From assembly GCA_002104905.1 (NCBI GenBank), contig MCFE01000018.1, positions 62,001 to 126,000 on the forward strand: a DNA stretch of 64,000 nt. Direction: 5' to 3'. Both the position numbers and the translations under genes were made by a program. This stretch comes from Basidiobolus meristosporus CBS 931.73 (taxonomy: Eukaryota > Fungi > Basidiobolomycota). Below the pieces are notes generated by a model. That model ran no database searches and was not told the DNA's origin. It saw only the letters and a program-made list of their open reading frames with translations. Below are positions 12,503 through 25,600 of this stretch, in pieces (position 1 is the first letter of the stretch; the number at the start of each line of letters is the position of its first letter).

Positions 12503-15500
12503 GAAAGCTATTATACTTGAATGGAGTAATCAGCGGAGTACCTGCCAAGATCATGATTGACTCAGGAGCATTGCATGAGTACATGTAAGAGCAATTTGCC
12601 TTGAATGCTGGAATTAACTCAGAACCCACCAAATCAAATTTACTCTCAACAGCTGATGGGAACCCTCACATAATCAACCATAGTACTCAGCCACTAAGGA
12701 CAAAGTTCAATGACTATGAGGAAGATCTACTGGCCTATATATTTGGGAGCTGCAAGTCTGACTTTGTACTAGGGAAAACCTGGTTATTTTGTTGTAATTC
12801 ATCAATCAACTGGAGAACCCATGTTACTCTAATCCAGAAGGACAACAAGACCTATGAGTTGTTACCTGCCAGACTGGATTTTAACATGGTCATTTCCAGA
12901 GTGTGTGAAACAAGTGAACTTAACAAGACACAGTTCTGTAGAGCACAAATAAAAGGCACCCAGATGTTCCTCATGGCAGTATTACAGAAAGATTCCTCTA
13001 CTCCAGTACCCTAGCAGGTCCAGACTCTTTTGAAGGAATATTCAGACGTATTTCCAGTTGAGCTTGTAAGCCTACCACCAGTCAGAGATGTGGATCATGC
13101 CATTGAAACAGGAGATAACCCTCTAGTAAGCAAGACACCTTACAGAATGAGTCCATTGGAGTTGGAAGAGATGAAGGGACAATTAAATCAGTTATTGGAG
13201 CAAGGATATACCAGACCCAGCAAGTGACCTTGGGGAGCACCAGTTCTTTTGTGAAGAAGAAGGATGGAACACTTAGGGTGTGCATTGACTACAGAGCCCT
13301 CAACTCAGTTACCATCCAGAATAAGTACCCCATACCTTGGATTGATGTGCTTTTGGACCAACTTAATGGAGCCACCATATTCAGCAAGATTGACCTCATG
13401 TCAGGATACAACCAGATTAGGGTGAAGCCAGAAGGCATCCCTAAGACAGCATTCTGGACCATATATGGACATTACAAGTACCTGGTCATGAGTTTTGGCC
13501 TCACCAATGCCCCTGCAATATTCATGATGCTGATGCTGAATGTGTTCCAGGAGTACTTAGACAAGTTTGTGATAATCTACCTAGATGACATATTAATATA
13601 CAGCAAGACAGAAGAGGATCATGTGGTGCACATTGAAAAGGTCTTGAAGAAGCTAAGAGAGAAAAAACTATATGGCAAGCTAGCTAAGTGTGAATTCTTT
13701 AAGGGAAACATTGAATATCTGGGACACATAGTGACTAGCACAGGAGCAACCTTAGACCCTAAGAAGGTTGAAGTTATCAAGAACCTGAAGCAGCCCCATA
13801 ACACATCAGAACTCAGATCATTCCTTGGAATGATTTCCTATTGTTGGATATTTGTCAAGTCCTTTGCAAGTATTGCAGCCCCTTTAACTGATACCCCAAA
13901 GAAAGACAGCACCTATAAGTAGGACATAGCTTGTGAGACTGCCTTTCACTTGCTCAAGTATGAACTTGCTAAACTACCAAGCCCAAGAATATCTGACTTT
14001 CAAAAAGAGTTCACTCTGTGCACAAATGCTTCAGATTATGTAATTGGTGGAGTGCTGAGCCAAGAACACAATCAAAAGTACTACCCTGCTGCCTTTGAAT
14101 CCAAGAAACTGAACTCAGCAGAACAAAACTATCCAGTCCATGAGAAGGAGATGCTTGCTATGATACACTGTTTGAAGACATGGAGATGCTATATTGAAGG
14201 AGTCAAATGCACTGTGAAGACTGATCATGCCTCCCTGTAGTATATATTTACTCAAAAGGTACTCTCTAGAAGAATGAAAAGATGGAGTGAATACATTCAG
14301 CAATTTGACTTTGAGATTGTCTACTGCCCTGGAAAAAACAATACAGTTGGTGATGCCTTATCAAGATTAGATCAAGTTGCACAACTCAACTTGGTGCATG
14401 AGTCCAACTGGCCTAGCCTATTACCAAAGTACTTGGAGGACCAAGCCATCCCTAATGAGGTGGATAAAGATATCAAGAAGGTAATCCAAGATGCAGCCAG
14501 CAAATTTGTAGTACAGGATGAAACTCTCTACCAAATTGTTGATGGAAGCCCTATTGCCTATTGCCCATATGTTTCTTGCCTGGATTTAATACACAAGCTG
14601 CACAATTGGATATGGACATCTTGGAATTGAAGGAACCTATAGCCTTGTGAAAGCCAGTGCATGGTGGCCCAGAATGAAACAAGGCATTGAGAAGCTAGTG
14701 AAAACATTCCCAAATTGCCAAGTCAACCAGGACCAACCACAGAGAATTGCTGAACTTTTTCACCTGGAGCCTGTAAGACCATTTGAAAGATGGCAGATTG
14801 ACTTTATTGGAAGACCGCCAACTGCCAGGAGTTGCAATCATTGGATTCTAGTTGCAATTGACCATGCCACAAAATGGCCAGTTGCTAAAGCTGTACATAT
14901 AGCCATTGAACAAGAAGTTGCAAGTTTAATCTACCATGAGATCCTTATGAAGTTTGGATGCCCTGCAGAGATTCAATCCAATAAAGGTGCAAACCCTACG
15001 GCAAAGACATTGGAAGCTTACCTGGAAATGCAGCAGATCAAACACTTGAAAACCTTGACATATCTCCCCAGAACTAATGGAGTCACTGAATGGTTTAGTG
15101 GATGATTTGGAAAAATGCTGACCAGGTATGCAAATGGAGTTGCTGCTAGATGGGATGAGTATATAGACCAAGCACTCTTTGCATGCAGAGTCAGAGTACA
15201 CAATACCACCCAACAATTGCCATTTTACTTAGTGTATGGATGTGAACCAAGGATTCCAGGAGATCTCACACAACCAAAGCTTACAGACACCTTGGAGAAT
15301 GAGCTCAGTCAGCCAAGCAGACACCAGCAGCTGGAACAAAGATGTAAAGAGGCACAGGCCAAAGTATATCAATGTGCTCAAAGATGAAGAAGATATTTGA
15401 TAAGACTATAGCACCAGAAGCATTGACAGTTTGGAACTTTGTATTCCTAAGAAACAATACTTGGAAGAAGTTTGAGCCACAATGGACAGGACCCTTTAAG

Positions 15501-15673
15501 ATCATCAAAGAATGTCCATTTGTAACCTACAAACCAGTTAACAAACTAGGGAATATCTGCAAAGATTTAGTTCATAGAGACAGGCTTAAGCTTTCAAGAC
15601 TTGCCAACAATACTGAACCATCAAGATATTGGATTCACAAGAAAAGAGATTCAGGAGATCCCTCTAACATTAG
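12503..15673 (+). pseudogene. pol: PR-RT-RH-IN of a second, more decayed Gypsy unit
   Basis: Starts at GKLLYLNG...MIDSGA. Many stops and frameshifts. Ends at a TAG in the PPT. Confidence 0.9.
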
Positions 15674-18600
15674 TAGGGGAGAATGTTATGATCTACCACT
15701 TTAATGTTTAAGTTAGATCAGTTAATAGTCAAATCTATTGGTTATATGTTTAGCCTATCAGTATATCAGTATTATCTATCAAATCAGTTGCATTAATCAG
15801 CAAATATATCAGCAGATCCTTATCAGACAGAAGTAGATATATTAAGTAGGATCCTATTGGGTGATGAAGATGCAATCCAATGAGTAATCAGTAATAGCCT
15901 TATTAGGAAATACAATTAGTCAGCAATTGATCTGGTAAAATGTATATAAGGAGCTGCTGGAACCTCAATAAATATGAGTTCAAGTTTTAGTGAATTCAAT
16001 ACTAGCTAAGCTCCCTATTCCTCTACAACTCTTATGCCAAGACTGGTAACATTAGCTGCTCCAGAGTATTCCAGTAACATATTTTTGTTACCTTGTGGAT
16101 ATCTGAAACTCCGCTTGGCTGCTGTAGTATGATCTGATCCATAATTCTGCATGGACTAACTGACTATTCCAACTGCCACTGCAATATCTGGACATGTGGA
16201 CACTAACTGGAACATCATTCAGCCAACCACTGACTGGTAGGTAATGTTTTGGCTCATATATGAGCCTTTCTCACCTAAAACTGACTGAGATTTGCTCAAT
16301 TTCAGGCTATTGCCCATAGGGGTAGCTGCAGGCTTAAAGTTTTCCATCTTGAAGCATCTAACAGTGTCCCTGATGTACTTCAACTGATTCAGCACAATCC
16401 TATGATAAGAAGTGTCAAATTGGACTTCAACTCCAAGAAAATAGCTCAGTTTTTCAGGATCTTTCATCTTGGACCTGCCCAAGTGATCTGATTGTGTAAG
16501 TTTAGGTGCCTCCTGGTCTCTTGTAGCTATTGCTATGTTTTTCACCTAAATAACTAAATTGATCACACCCTTTTTGAGCTTTGCATGTTTATAATGTAAT
16601 ATGTAGTGCAATGAATGAGCCAACTCTCCTCTACATATGTGTCAATCTTGCTATACCATGCTCTAAGTGGCTGATTAAGCACATTCAGCAATTTCCCAAA
16701 TTGGTACACCTTACAGTGGCCTTTTGGATTGGCAAACCTTGTGGTTGCTCCATATATATAGTTTCCTGCAGATCCCCAGCTAGAAGGGCTGTTATGACAT
16801 CCATTTGGTGTAGATCTACACTGTGTACAGCTGCCAGGGCTAAAACTGTCCTAATGGAGCTAAACCTGACAAATAGAGCATATGTTTACTTAAAATCTAG
16901 TCCCTGGATCTTGTAATAGCCTTTAGCCATCAGTCTAGCTTTGTACTTATCAGCAGTACCATTAAAGTTTATCTTGATCTTATAGCCCCATCTACATCCA
17001 ATTTGCTTTCTCCTGTTTAGTAAATCTGTCAGTTCCAATGTTTTGCCCGATCAGTGATTGGTACTCAAGCTGCATGGGATGTTGCCCCATAATATCATCT
17101 GGACTTTGCATTGCTTGTTCCAGATTCTGATGTCTGGCTTATAAGACAAGATAATCTGCTTCATTATTGTTGAATGTCTGCCACCAGGATCCATGGGCAT
17201 TTCTTATTCTGGTAGATCTCTTACCGGGATAATCAGCTCTGATCTGGAACTGGTGGAATTATCTTTGTATCTGGCTGAATTAGGTACATATCTTCTTCAT
17301 TAGTGTTGATTGCATCATCAGGCAGCTGGCCAATGATCCCAATGGCTTTCTGATCTGAATTCTTCACAACTACAATGTCCCAGCTTGAGATCAGCTTCTG
17401 AGCTTTGTCATCACACACTCTTCACCATTTAGTATCCTCACAATACCCAAGAAAGATCCCTTTTCTACTTTTTGGTTCTAACTTTGAGTGGTTTTTGTGA
17501 GTGATGTGACAAAAAAAATCCCTGCCAATGATCTTAAGGTGATGGAAGTCTAGTTTTTTGCCTGTGTAAGCTTCAGAGGGTGTAGAGTTATGTAGTGCTA
17601 TTGCTGGGCATCCATTCTTGATCTATTCTGTGGTAGCAACAGATTCAGCCCAAACTTGTAGTCCATTCCCTTTTAATGTAGCACAGGTTTACCCATCTCT
17701 ACCAGTATTCAGCTTGCACATCCTGCTACTTCATTTTGCTGCTGATAATGGGGAACAGTGGCCTGCCAAAGGATCACAGTTGATGTGCAGTATCTTGCAA
17801 GCTCCTTTGAGCGGTAACCGGCTCCATTATTACTTCAAAGTGCATTCAATTTACAACCACTTTGTGTTTCTGCCATATTCATGAAGTGCTTAAGTGTCTG
17901 TAAAGCCTCATTCATTGTTTTGACAAAGTACACTCATGTATATCTTGTCTTTGGGTTAATAAACATCATAAAGTATCTCTTGGCTCCAAAGGACAGTTTT
18001 CTCATGGGCCCACATATGTCCAAGAGTACAATAGCCATATTTTGTTGGTGTTTGTGCCTCCTTAGCTCCTCAAATGTTGCCTGCTTCTTGGCCAAATGAA
18101 CATTGCTGAGAAACACTCAGTTTGAATGGAATTGAGTACATTAGACACAAAACAAGCTGATTTTCCCCAGTTAGCTGATTTCTTTTTCCTCAATGTGTCC
18201 CAGGCTCCTATGCTAAATCTCCCAGTTAGTTTAATCATTTTCAGCAATGTTGACATACTCAGATCTATTGATCTTGCATTGTAACTTGTGAAAACTGTGT
18301 TTTCTGATTCCCAAAGCTAGGATTTATCCATTTTCACTCAATATTGAATGGCTCAGTTTAGTGAAGTCAAATTTCAGTCCCTGAGCAGTCACTTTACTGA
18401 CTGATATTAGGTTCATAGCTATTCCAGGCATATAGAGTATGTCAGTCAGTTTTGCTGTTATTGCCCCTGAAATACCACTCATATTTAGCTGTATAGAGCA
18501 ACTAGTAGTAACTTCCAGTGCAGAGTTTTCTCCCGGATAAACGTTTCTTACAGGAAAATTATATCAGCTGGTGATCCACTCCATTATACCACAACTATGT

Positions 18601-19636
18601 TGTGAAGCTGCAGAGTCTATATACCATTTGTTACTTTAGTTACTTGCACTTTCTGGTACAGTTACATATAACTGTACATCAGTAGCTTTATGGCTTGTCT
18701 GCTCTAGTCTTGATTTTTTGCCTGCATGTTACTTCTTGCATTCTCATGTCTAGTGTCCTGGCTTTGCTCAGAAGTAGCAGCAACCAGATTTTCTTCAAAT
18801 TTGTTGCTTTCCTTCATTTCTGTCTCCCTTACTGAGTTAAATAAAGCTATACATTCAATTTTTTCTGCTCGATCCTTATGTCTGAGTTCTTCATGGTGAA
18901 ATTGATCCTTAACATAGCCCAAAGTCAGATTGTGTTTCAGCTTTCAAAAGAGAGTATGAGTTGCTCATACCTTTCTGGTGAGCTGCAGAGCAGAGAGAGT
19001 ACCATTTCTTCATCATCTATACCAGCATCAATCCTATAAAGTTCTTCTACAAGTGTTTTCATTGTGGCAATGAGTGAAGCATGTCATAATTTGGCTTCAT
19101 CTTAATGTTGGAGAACTTTTGTTGTAAATAAAGCTTGCTTGATACTGAATATGCTCTAAAAATCTTTTCTAAAGATCATTTTGCTGGTTTGGCAGTATTT
19201 GAAGCATGGTTTTGTCCAATAAAGGAACCTTGCACATTGATGCATATGGCACTAAGAGCATTTCTCTATGTCTTTTGAGACATCTCCACTTTTTCTGCTG
19301 TAGCATTAGGCTCAACCTCTTTTCCTGTTACTGATTTCAGAGTTTTTTTTCTTCTAGGTGAATCCTCATCTTGATTCTCCAAAGTCTGTGGTTCTTCCCA
19401 TCAAGTCTCTCCTTTGAAGGGAAGATGTTTTGAATCTTCTGTTTGCTGGTCAAAGTCATCTTTAGAAGAGATTAAGGCAATTGGGGCTTGTAGTCTATTG
19501 CAATTTAAGAAGTGGCTTGATGTAAGGAACTTATCAAGAATTAGTATAATAGTTGAGCTATTGTTTATTCATAGAGAGCTCACCACTTATACCTTTGTAG
19601 AAGTAAAACAACTGCTATATTAAGTAAGGAGGGTTT

Positions 19637-20743
19637 TGTTGAAATGTTTAACTATTTGGTATAATTCAGCAGCTGAAAATTTTCTTAACAATTCTGGACT
19701 AGTCTTGTTCACTGTAGGACTGACCTCCAGCCATAACTTTGTCATTCTCTTCAGATATATGATCCTATGATTACTCCCCTACAGTCAAGATCAAATTAAC
19801 ACTTTTAACAAACATTATGTAATAGACTTGTTCCATTGGATAGTGCCACATTGAGCCATGAGTGCCAAATGATGCCATAGAGTGCCAGAGAGATCAAGTG
19901 AACCTATACTTGGCCACAGAGTGTGAAACATAGCTCTGCATGTTCATGCAAAGCCACCCCTGTGTTTCACCCATTGTGTTGGAGAAAATCAATTTTTGGA
20001 CCTTTTTTTTCGGTCAATGTTGTGCAGGATATGTAAGAGCATAGAAGAACTGAGGACATGCATTGGGTACTCAATACCCATGGCACTCTGAATCTAGCTC
20101 CAGTGACTTGTAACATGTCACAAAAATGAATGGCACTATCTTGGTCCACTGGTACTATCTGGCACTATATTTAATTATTAGCCCTAAAGTAAGATCTATA
20201 CAAAGCACTTATAGTGCCTGATAGTACCAGTGGACCAAGATAGTGTCCATGCATTTTTGTGACATGTTACAAGTCACTGGGGCTAGATTCAGAGTGCCAT
20301 GGATAATGAGTACCTGATGCATGCCCTCAGTTCTTCTGTGCTCTTACACATCCTGCACAACATTGATCCGCAAAAAAACGTCAAAAAATGGATTTTCTCC
20401 TGCATCATAGGTGAAACACTGGGGCTACTGTGCATGAACATGCAGAGCTATGCTCCACACTCTATGGCCAAGTATAAGTTCACTTGGCCTCTCTGGCACT
20501 CTATGGCATCATTTGGCACTCATGGCTCAATGTGGCACTATTCAATGGAACAAGTCTAATAACCCTGAAACTGTTGCAGAATGCTCCTAAATGTTGAGAA
20601 ACCCTTGTTTACTTAGTGTCACAGCTGTATTACTTTTGCAAAGGTACAGATACTGAGCTTTTTTATGAATAAGTAATAGTTCAACTATGATCAATATTTC
20701 TTGATATATTCCTTATATCCAAATCACTTCTTACATTGCAATA
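19637..20743 (+). repeat. Family E solo LTR inserted antisense into the family E LTR; itself carries a MITE
   Basis: TGTTGAAAT...TGCAATA with 5-bp TSD GGTTT (19632-19636 and 20744-20748). Confidence 0.9.
19824..20557. mobile_element. Foldback MITE, copy 2 (best preserved)
   Basis: Near-perfect palindrome, AGACTTGTTCCATTG...CAATGGAACAAGTCT. The flanks reconstruct the host LTR (ttatgtaataaccc). Confidence 0.92.
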
Positions 20744-21179
20744 GGTTTCTCAATATTCAGGTACATTCTGTAACAGCTTCATGAGTAATACATAATTCTT
20801 AGTAAAAGTTCTAATTTGGTCTTGACTACAGGGGAACAGTTACAGGATCATAGATCTAATGCAAGTTGCAAAGTAAGCACTGTAAGTTAGTCCTACAGTG
20901 GCCAAGACTAGTCCAGAATTGTTAAAGAAATATTTAGCTGCTGAATGATACCAAAAAGTTCAACATTTCAGCAAAACTGACTCAACTTAAGCACTCAAGC
21001 AGCAGATGACAACACTGTTAGCACTTGACTCCCAATATTTCAGACATACTCTGGGTAGAAATTGCTTCAGATGGCCACTGGAATAGTCAGGCCTGCTCTG
21101 TTGGATAGTGTAACATACCAACAGCTCATTTACATTGCAAATTGGTCTGGCATTCTGCAGCACCATCTAGCAGTATAGC

Positions 21180-22632
21180 TTCTATCATAATACCAGTAGT
21201 AGAATACAGTTATTGGTAATCTTGCCAAGCCTTACTTATGTTGCTTAGAATAGTACTGTTCCTTGTATACACACTCTTCATGAAGCTCCAAACATTTTTC
21301 TTTCAGGCATATAAATGTATGCTCTACTCTCACTCTGATATGATGGAATATTTGATAATAGCACTTCTATTGCCTGTTAGGCACACTGTCCATTAGCCTC
21401 CTATATGCTAAAATACAGTCTAATCTCAGTCAATCCATTCCTGTATAAGCAAAGTCAGACATACATATCTCCCCTCTACTAAGTTTTAAATAACTTATCA
21501 CCCATAGTGCTTTGCCATGCCTGCTTCCAAAAGCTGGCTTACTAAATCACATGCATGACAGTACTTAAAATCCTATATAGTGAGCCTTGTGTTTGCCAAA
21601 ATAAATGTGCTACTGCCCTCTAGAAGGTCTGTTAGATCTTACTGGGAAGGTTTGAAATACTGTAGACATGGGGCCTGTGGCTGAATAAACTGAGATGAGG
21701 AACTCTATTGGAGTCTTTGAGTACAGTATTCCAAGCTTGCTCCATGTCAATCAAACCCTCTGCAAGGTGGGTCTCCATTGCTGTCAGTTGTAAATGAAAG
21801 CTTCTAGGACATTTGTCATCATAAATGGCAAGATGAAATCTTGTAGCACAATAGCTCATATAATAGTATGGAAGCTTAGCAAGTGATCTCCTTAAGTGGA
21901 TGTTGAATTATTGGGCTGTTTGGTAGCATTCAGCAGCTGAAAATTTATTTAGCAATTCTGGACTAGTCTTGGTCACTGTAGGACTAATTTACAGCCTTAA
22001 CTTTGCCAGCTCTGTCAGATCTATGATACTATGATTATTCCCCTGTGGTCAAGACCAAATTAGCACTTTTACTAAGCATTATGTACTAACCCTAAAGCAG
22101 TTACAGATGTTCCAGAATGTTGAGAAACCCTCCTTACTTAGTGTTACAGGTGCATTACTTCTATAAAGATGTAAATGCTGAGCTTCTTTGTGAATGAACA
22201 ACAGTTCAGCTATTATTGCTATTTCTTGATAGGTTTCTTGTATCCAGACCACTTCTCTAATTGCAACAGTGGATTTGGGTAGAAAGTTAATAGTAATTGG
22301 TACATCTCTCCTCAAATATGTTATCAGGAGAATCTAGTGGTGATGATAGAATTGACAAGAATGCACCATGAGATGAACAAATCATATCAATGCTTGTGAC
22401 TAATTGACCTCATATAGGCTGAAATAACTTGGTGCAACTAGCTTAATTAATCTAATTTTCATGCATCATGATTACATCTTCATCAGTTACCATATATCAC
22501 ATAATGATGATGCAAAGACAGTCCCTAAACAATGGCTTGTGAGTAATTCTTCTGCAAATTTGCCGATCCCATAGTCAACTACAAAACCTACAATTGATGT
22601 AATCTGATCTGCATCAATGCAATCCAAGTTGC
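21180..22632 (-). pseudogene. PIF/Harbinger- or IS5-like (DDE_Tnp_4-type) transposase remnant
   Basis: Minus-strand frame 21480-21301 reads SRGEICMSDFAYTGMD*LR...YYQIFHHIRVRVEHTFICLK (D.GY ... R..VE..F..LK pattern). EGLIDM lies upstream. Interrupted by a solo LTR and by the Copia at 22633. Confidence 0.5.
21901..22268 (+). repeat. Family E Copia solo LTR
   Basis: TGTTGAA...TTGCAACA, 368 bp, 5-bp TSD GTGGA on both sides. Confidence 0.93.
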
Positions 22633-25600
22633 TGTTGCAATTTAAGAAGTGATTTGGATATAAGGAACTTATCAAGAAATAGTGATAATAGTTGAACTAT
22701 TGTTTATTCATAAAGAAGCTCAGTATTTATACCTTTGTAGAAGTAATACAGCTGCAACACTAAGTAGTGAGGGTTTCTCAATATTCAGGAGCATTCTGTA
22801 ACAGTTTCAGGGTTAGTACATAACGTTTGGTAATAGTGCTAATTTGATCCTGACTATAGGGGAATAATCATAAGATCATATATCTGGAGAAAGTGGCAAA
22901 GTTCAGGTAGTAAATGAGTCCTAGAGTGACTAAGACTAGCCTAGAATGGTTAAGTAAATTTTTAGCTGCTGAATGATACCAAATAGTCCAATATTTCAAC
23001 ACACCCCCTCAACTAAATAATTTCTTAATCCCAATTTCTCTCTAAGGATCTCAAACTGTGGCCTAGCTAGTGGTTTTGTCAATATGTCTGCCACCATTTT
23101 GTCAGTTGGGCAGTAAACCAGCTCCACTAAGTTATTTTCTACAGCTTCCCTCACAAAGTGATGCTGTATATCAATGTGCTTAGTTCTGGCTTGATTAGTA
23201 GGATTTCTAGCTAATGAAATACAACTTTGATTATCCTTGTAAATACATGTTGGTTCACCTGAATTAAAACCTAAGTCTTTGAATAATTTTTGTAGACATA
23301 TAGCCTCCTTAGTTGCTTGACATGCAGCCATATATTTGGCTTCAGTTGTAGATAGTGCCACAGTTGGTTGTTTCTTGCAATTCCAAGTAATAGCTGCACC
23401 AGCACAAAGAAATACATAGCCTGTGGAGCGTCTGTCAATCAGATCCCTACCGCAATCTGAATCACTATAACCATCAAATTCATGCCTATTAGCTGCTCCA
23501 GAGTATTCCAGTACCATATTTATGGTACCTTGTAGATATCTGAAAATCCGCTTAACTGCTGCAATTTGATCTGATCCATAATTCTGCATGAATTGACTGA
23601 CTATTCCAACTGCTACTACAATATCTGGACGTGTAGACACCATCAAGTACATTAGGCTACCAACCATTGATTGATAGGGAAAGTTTTGGTCCATATTTGA
23701 GCCGTTTTCATCTATAACTGGCTGAGATTTGCTTAATTTCAGGTTATTGTCCATAGGGGTTGCTGCAGGCTAGCCATTTTCCATTTTGAAGCATCTAAGA
23801 ATGTCCCTGATGTACTTAGACTGATTCAGCACAATTTTCTGCATAGGTATGTCAAATTTGACCTCAATTCCAAGAAAATAGCTCAATTTTCCAAGATCTT
23901 TCATCTCAAACTTGCTGAAGAGATCTGATTTTGTCTGTTTAAGTGCCTCTTGATCACTTATAGCTATAATTAGGTTGTCCACATAAAGAACTAGGATGAT
24001 CACACCCTTTTTGAGCTGTTTCACATATATACTGTGATCTGCAGTGCTACAAGAAAACCCAATTTCCTCTAGATATGTGTCAATCTTGTTATACCATGCT
24101 CTGGGTGCCTGCTTAAGCCCATACAACAATTTTCTAAGTTTGCACACCTTATGGGGGCTTTTTGGATTGGTAAAACCTTCTGGTTGCTCCATATTTATAG
24201 TTTCTTGCAAATCCCCATTTAGAAAGGCTGTTTGGACGTCCATTTGGTGTAGATCTAGACTGTGTACAGCTGCCAGGGCTAGAGCTGTCCTAATAGAGTT
24301 AAACTTGGCAACCGGAGCAAATGTTTCCTTAAAGTCTAGTCCCTGGATCTGGGAACAGCCTTTAGCTACTAATCTAGCCTTGTACTTATCAATGGCACCA
24401 TTTGAGGTTATCTTGATCTTGTAGACCCATCTACATCCTATTGGCTTTCTCCCATTTGGTAAATCTACCAGTTCCCACGTTTTTGCCTTGATCAGTGATT
24501 GCTACTCCTCCTGCATGGCTTGTTGCCACTTAGTAGCATCTGGACCTTGCATTGCCTGTTCCAGATTCTGAGGTTTGGCACATAAGGCAAGATAAGCTTC
24601 TTCATGATCATTGGATGTCTGCCACCAGGATCCAGGGGCATTTCTTATTCTGGTAGATCTCCTAACTGGGATAATCTGTTCTGATCTGGAACTGGTTGAA
24701 GTATCTTCCATCTCTGGCTGGATTTGGTACATATCTTCTTCATTTGTGTTGATTGCATCATCAGGCAGCTGGCTAATGATTTCCATGGCTTTCTGATCTG
24801 AATTCTCCTCAAATACAACGTCCCTGCTCTTGATCGGCTTCTGAATTTTGCCATCATACACTCTATACCATTTAGTATCTTCACAATACCCTAGAAAGAT
24901 CCCTTTTCTACTCATTGGTTCCAACTTTGAGCTTTTTTGTCAGGGATGTGATAAAAACATCACTGCCAAAGATCCTAAGGTGCTGGAGATCTGGTTTTTT
25001 GCCTGTATATGCTTCAAAGGGTGTAGAATCACGTAGTGCTGTTGTTGGGCATCTGTTCTTGATGTATACAGCAGTAGCAACAGATTCAGCCCAAAACCTG
25101 TAGTCCATTCCCTTATTATGTAGCATAGATCTTCCCATCTCTACTATTGTTCTATTTGCACGTTCTGCTACTCCATTTTGCTGTGGAGTATGAGGAACTG
25201 TGGTCTGTTGAAGTATACCATTAGACAAGCGGTATTTTGCAAACTCCTTTGAGCAGTATTCTCCTCCATTGTCACTTCATAGTACCTTCAATTTACACCC
25301 AGTTTGTGTTTCTGCCATGTTCCTGAAGTGCTTAGACGTCTCTAAAGCTTCATCCTTTGTTTTGAGAAAGTACACCCATGTATATCTTGTCTTGTCATCA
25401 ATAAACATCATAAAGTATCTCTTGGCTCCAAAGGACAGTGTTCTCATGGGGCCACATATGTCTGAGTTTACAATAGCCAATATTTTGGTGGTATTGATGC
25501 CTTCTGAGCTCTTGAAATGTTGCCTAGCTTGTTTGCCATATGAACATCCCTTGCAAACATTCAATTTGATTGGAATTGAGTACTTTAGGCCCAAAACAAG

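Larger units (their letters stand above)
8449..16051 (+). mobile_element. Chimeric family G Gypsy with tandem pol regions
   Basis: LTRs 8449-8817 and 15684-16051. PBS at 8818, PPT TAGTAGGGGAGAA before 15684. The flanks do not form a TSD. Integrase jumps back to protease at about 12502. Confidence 0.9.
16052..20973 (-). mobile_element. Degenerate Ty1/Copia element (family E), 3' part missing
   Basis: Homologous to 23480-27313. RT/IN/gag remnants. 5' LTR split into 19496-19636 and 20749-20973, with a decayed PBS next to 19496. Confidence 0.9.

Noticed and set aside
7423-16056. ttagc at 7423-7427 as a TSD pairing the old LTR with the 15684-16051 LTR
   Set aside because: It lies several bases outside the aligned LTR start, the two LTRs are too diverged, family G makes 4-bp TSDs, and the left flank is not Copia RT.
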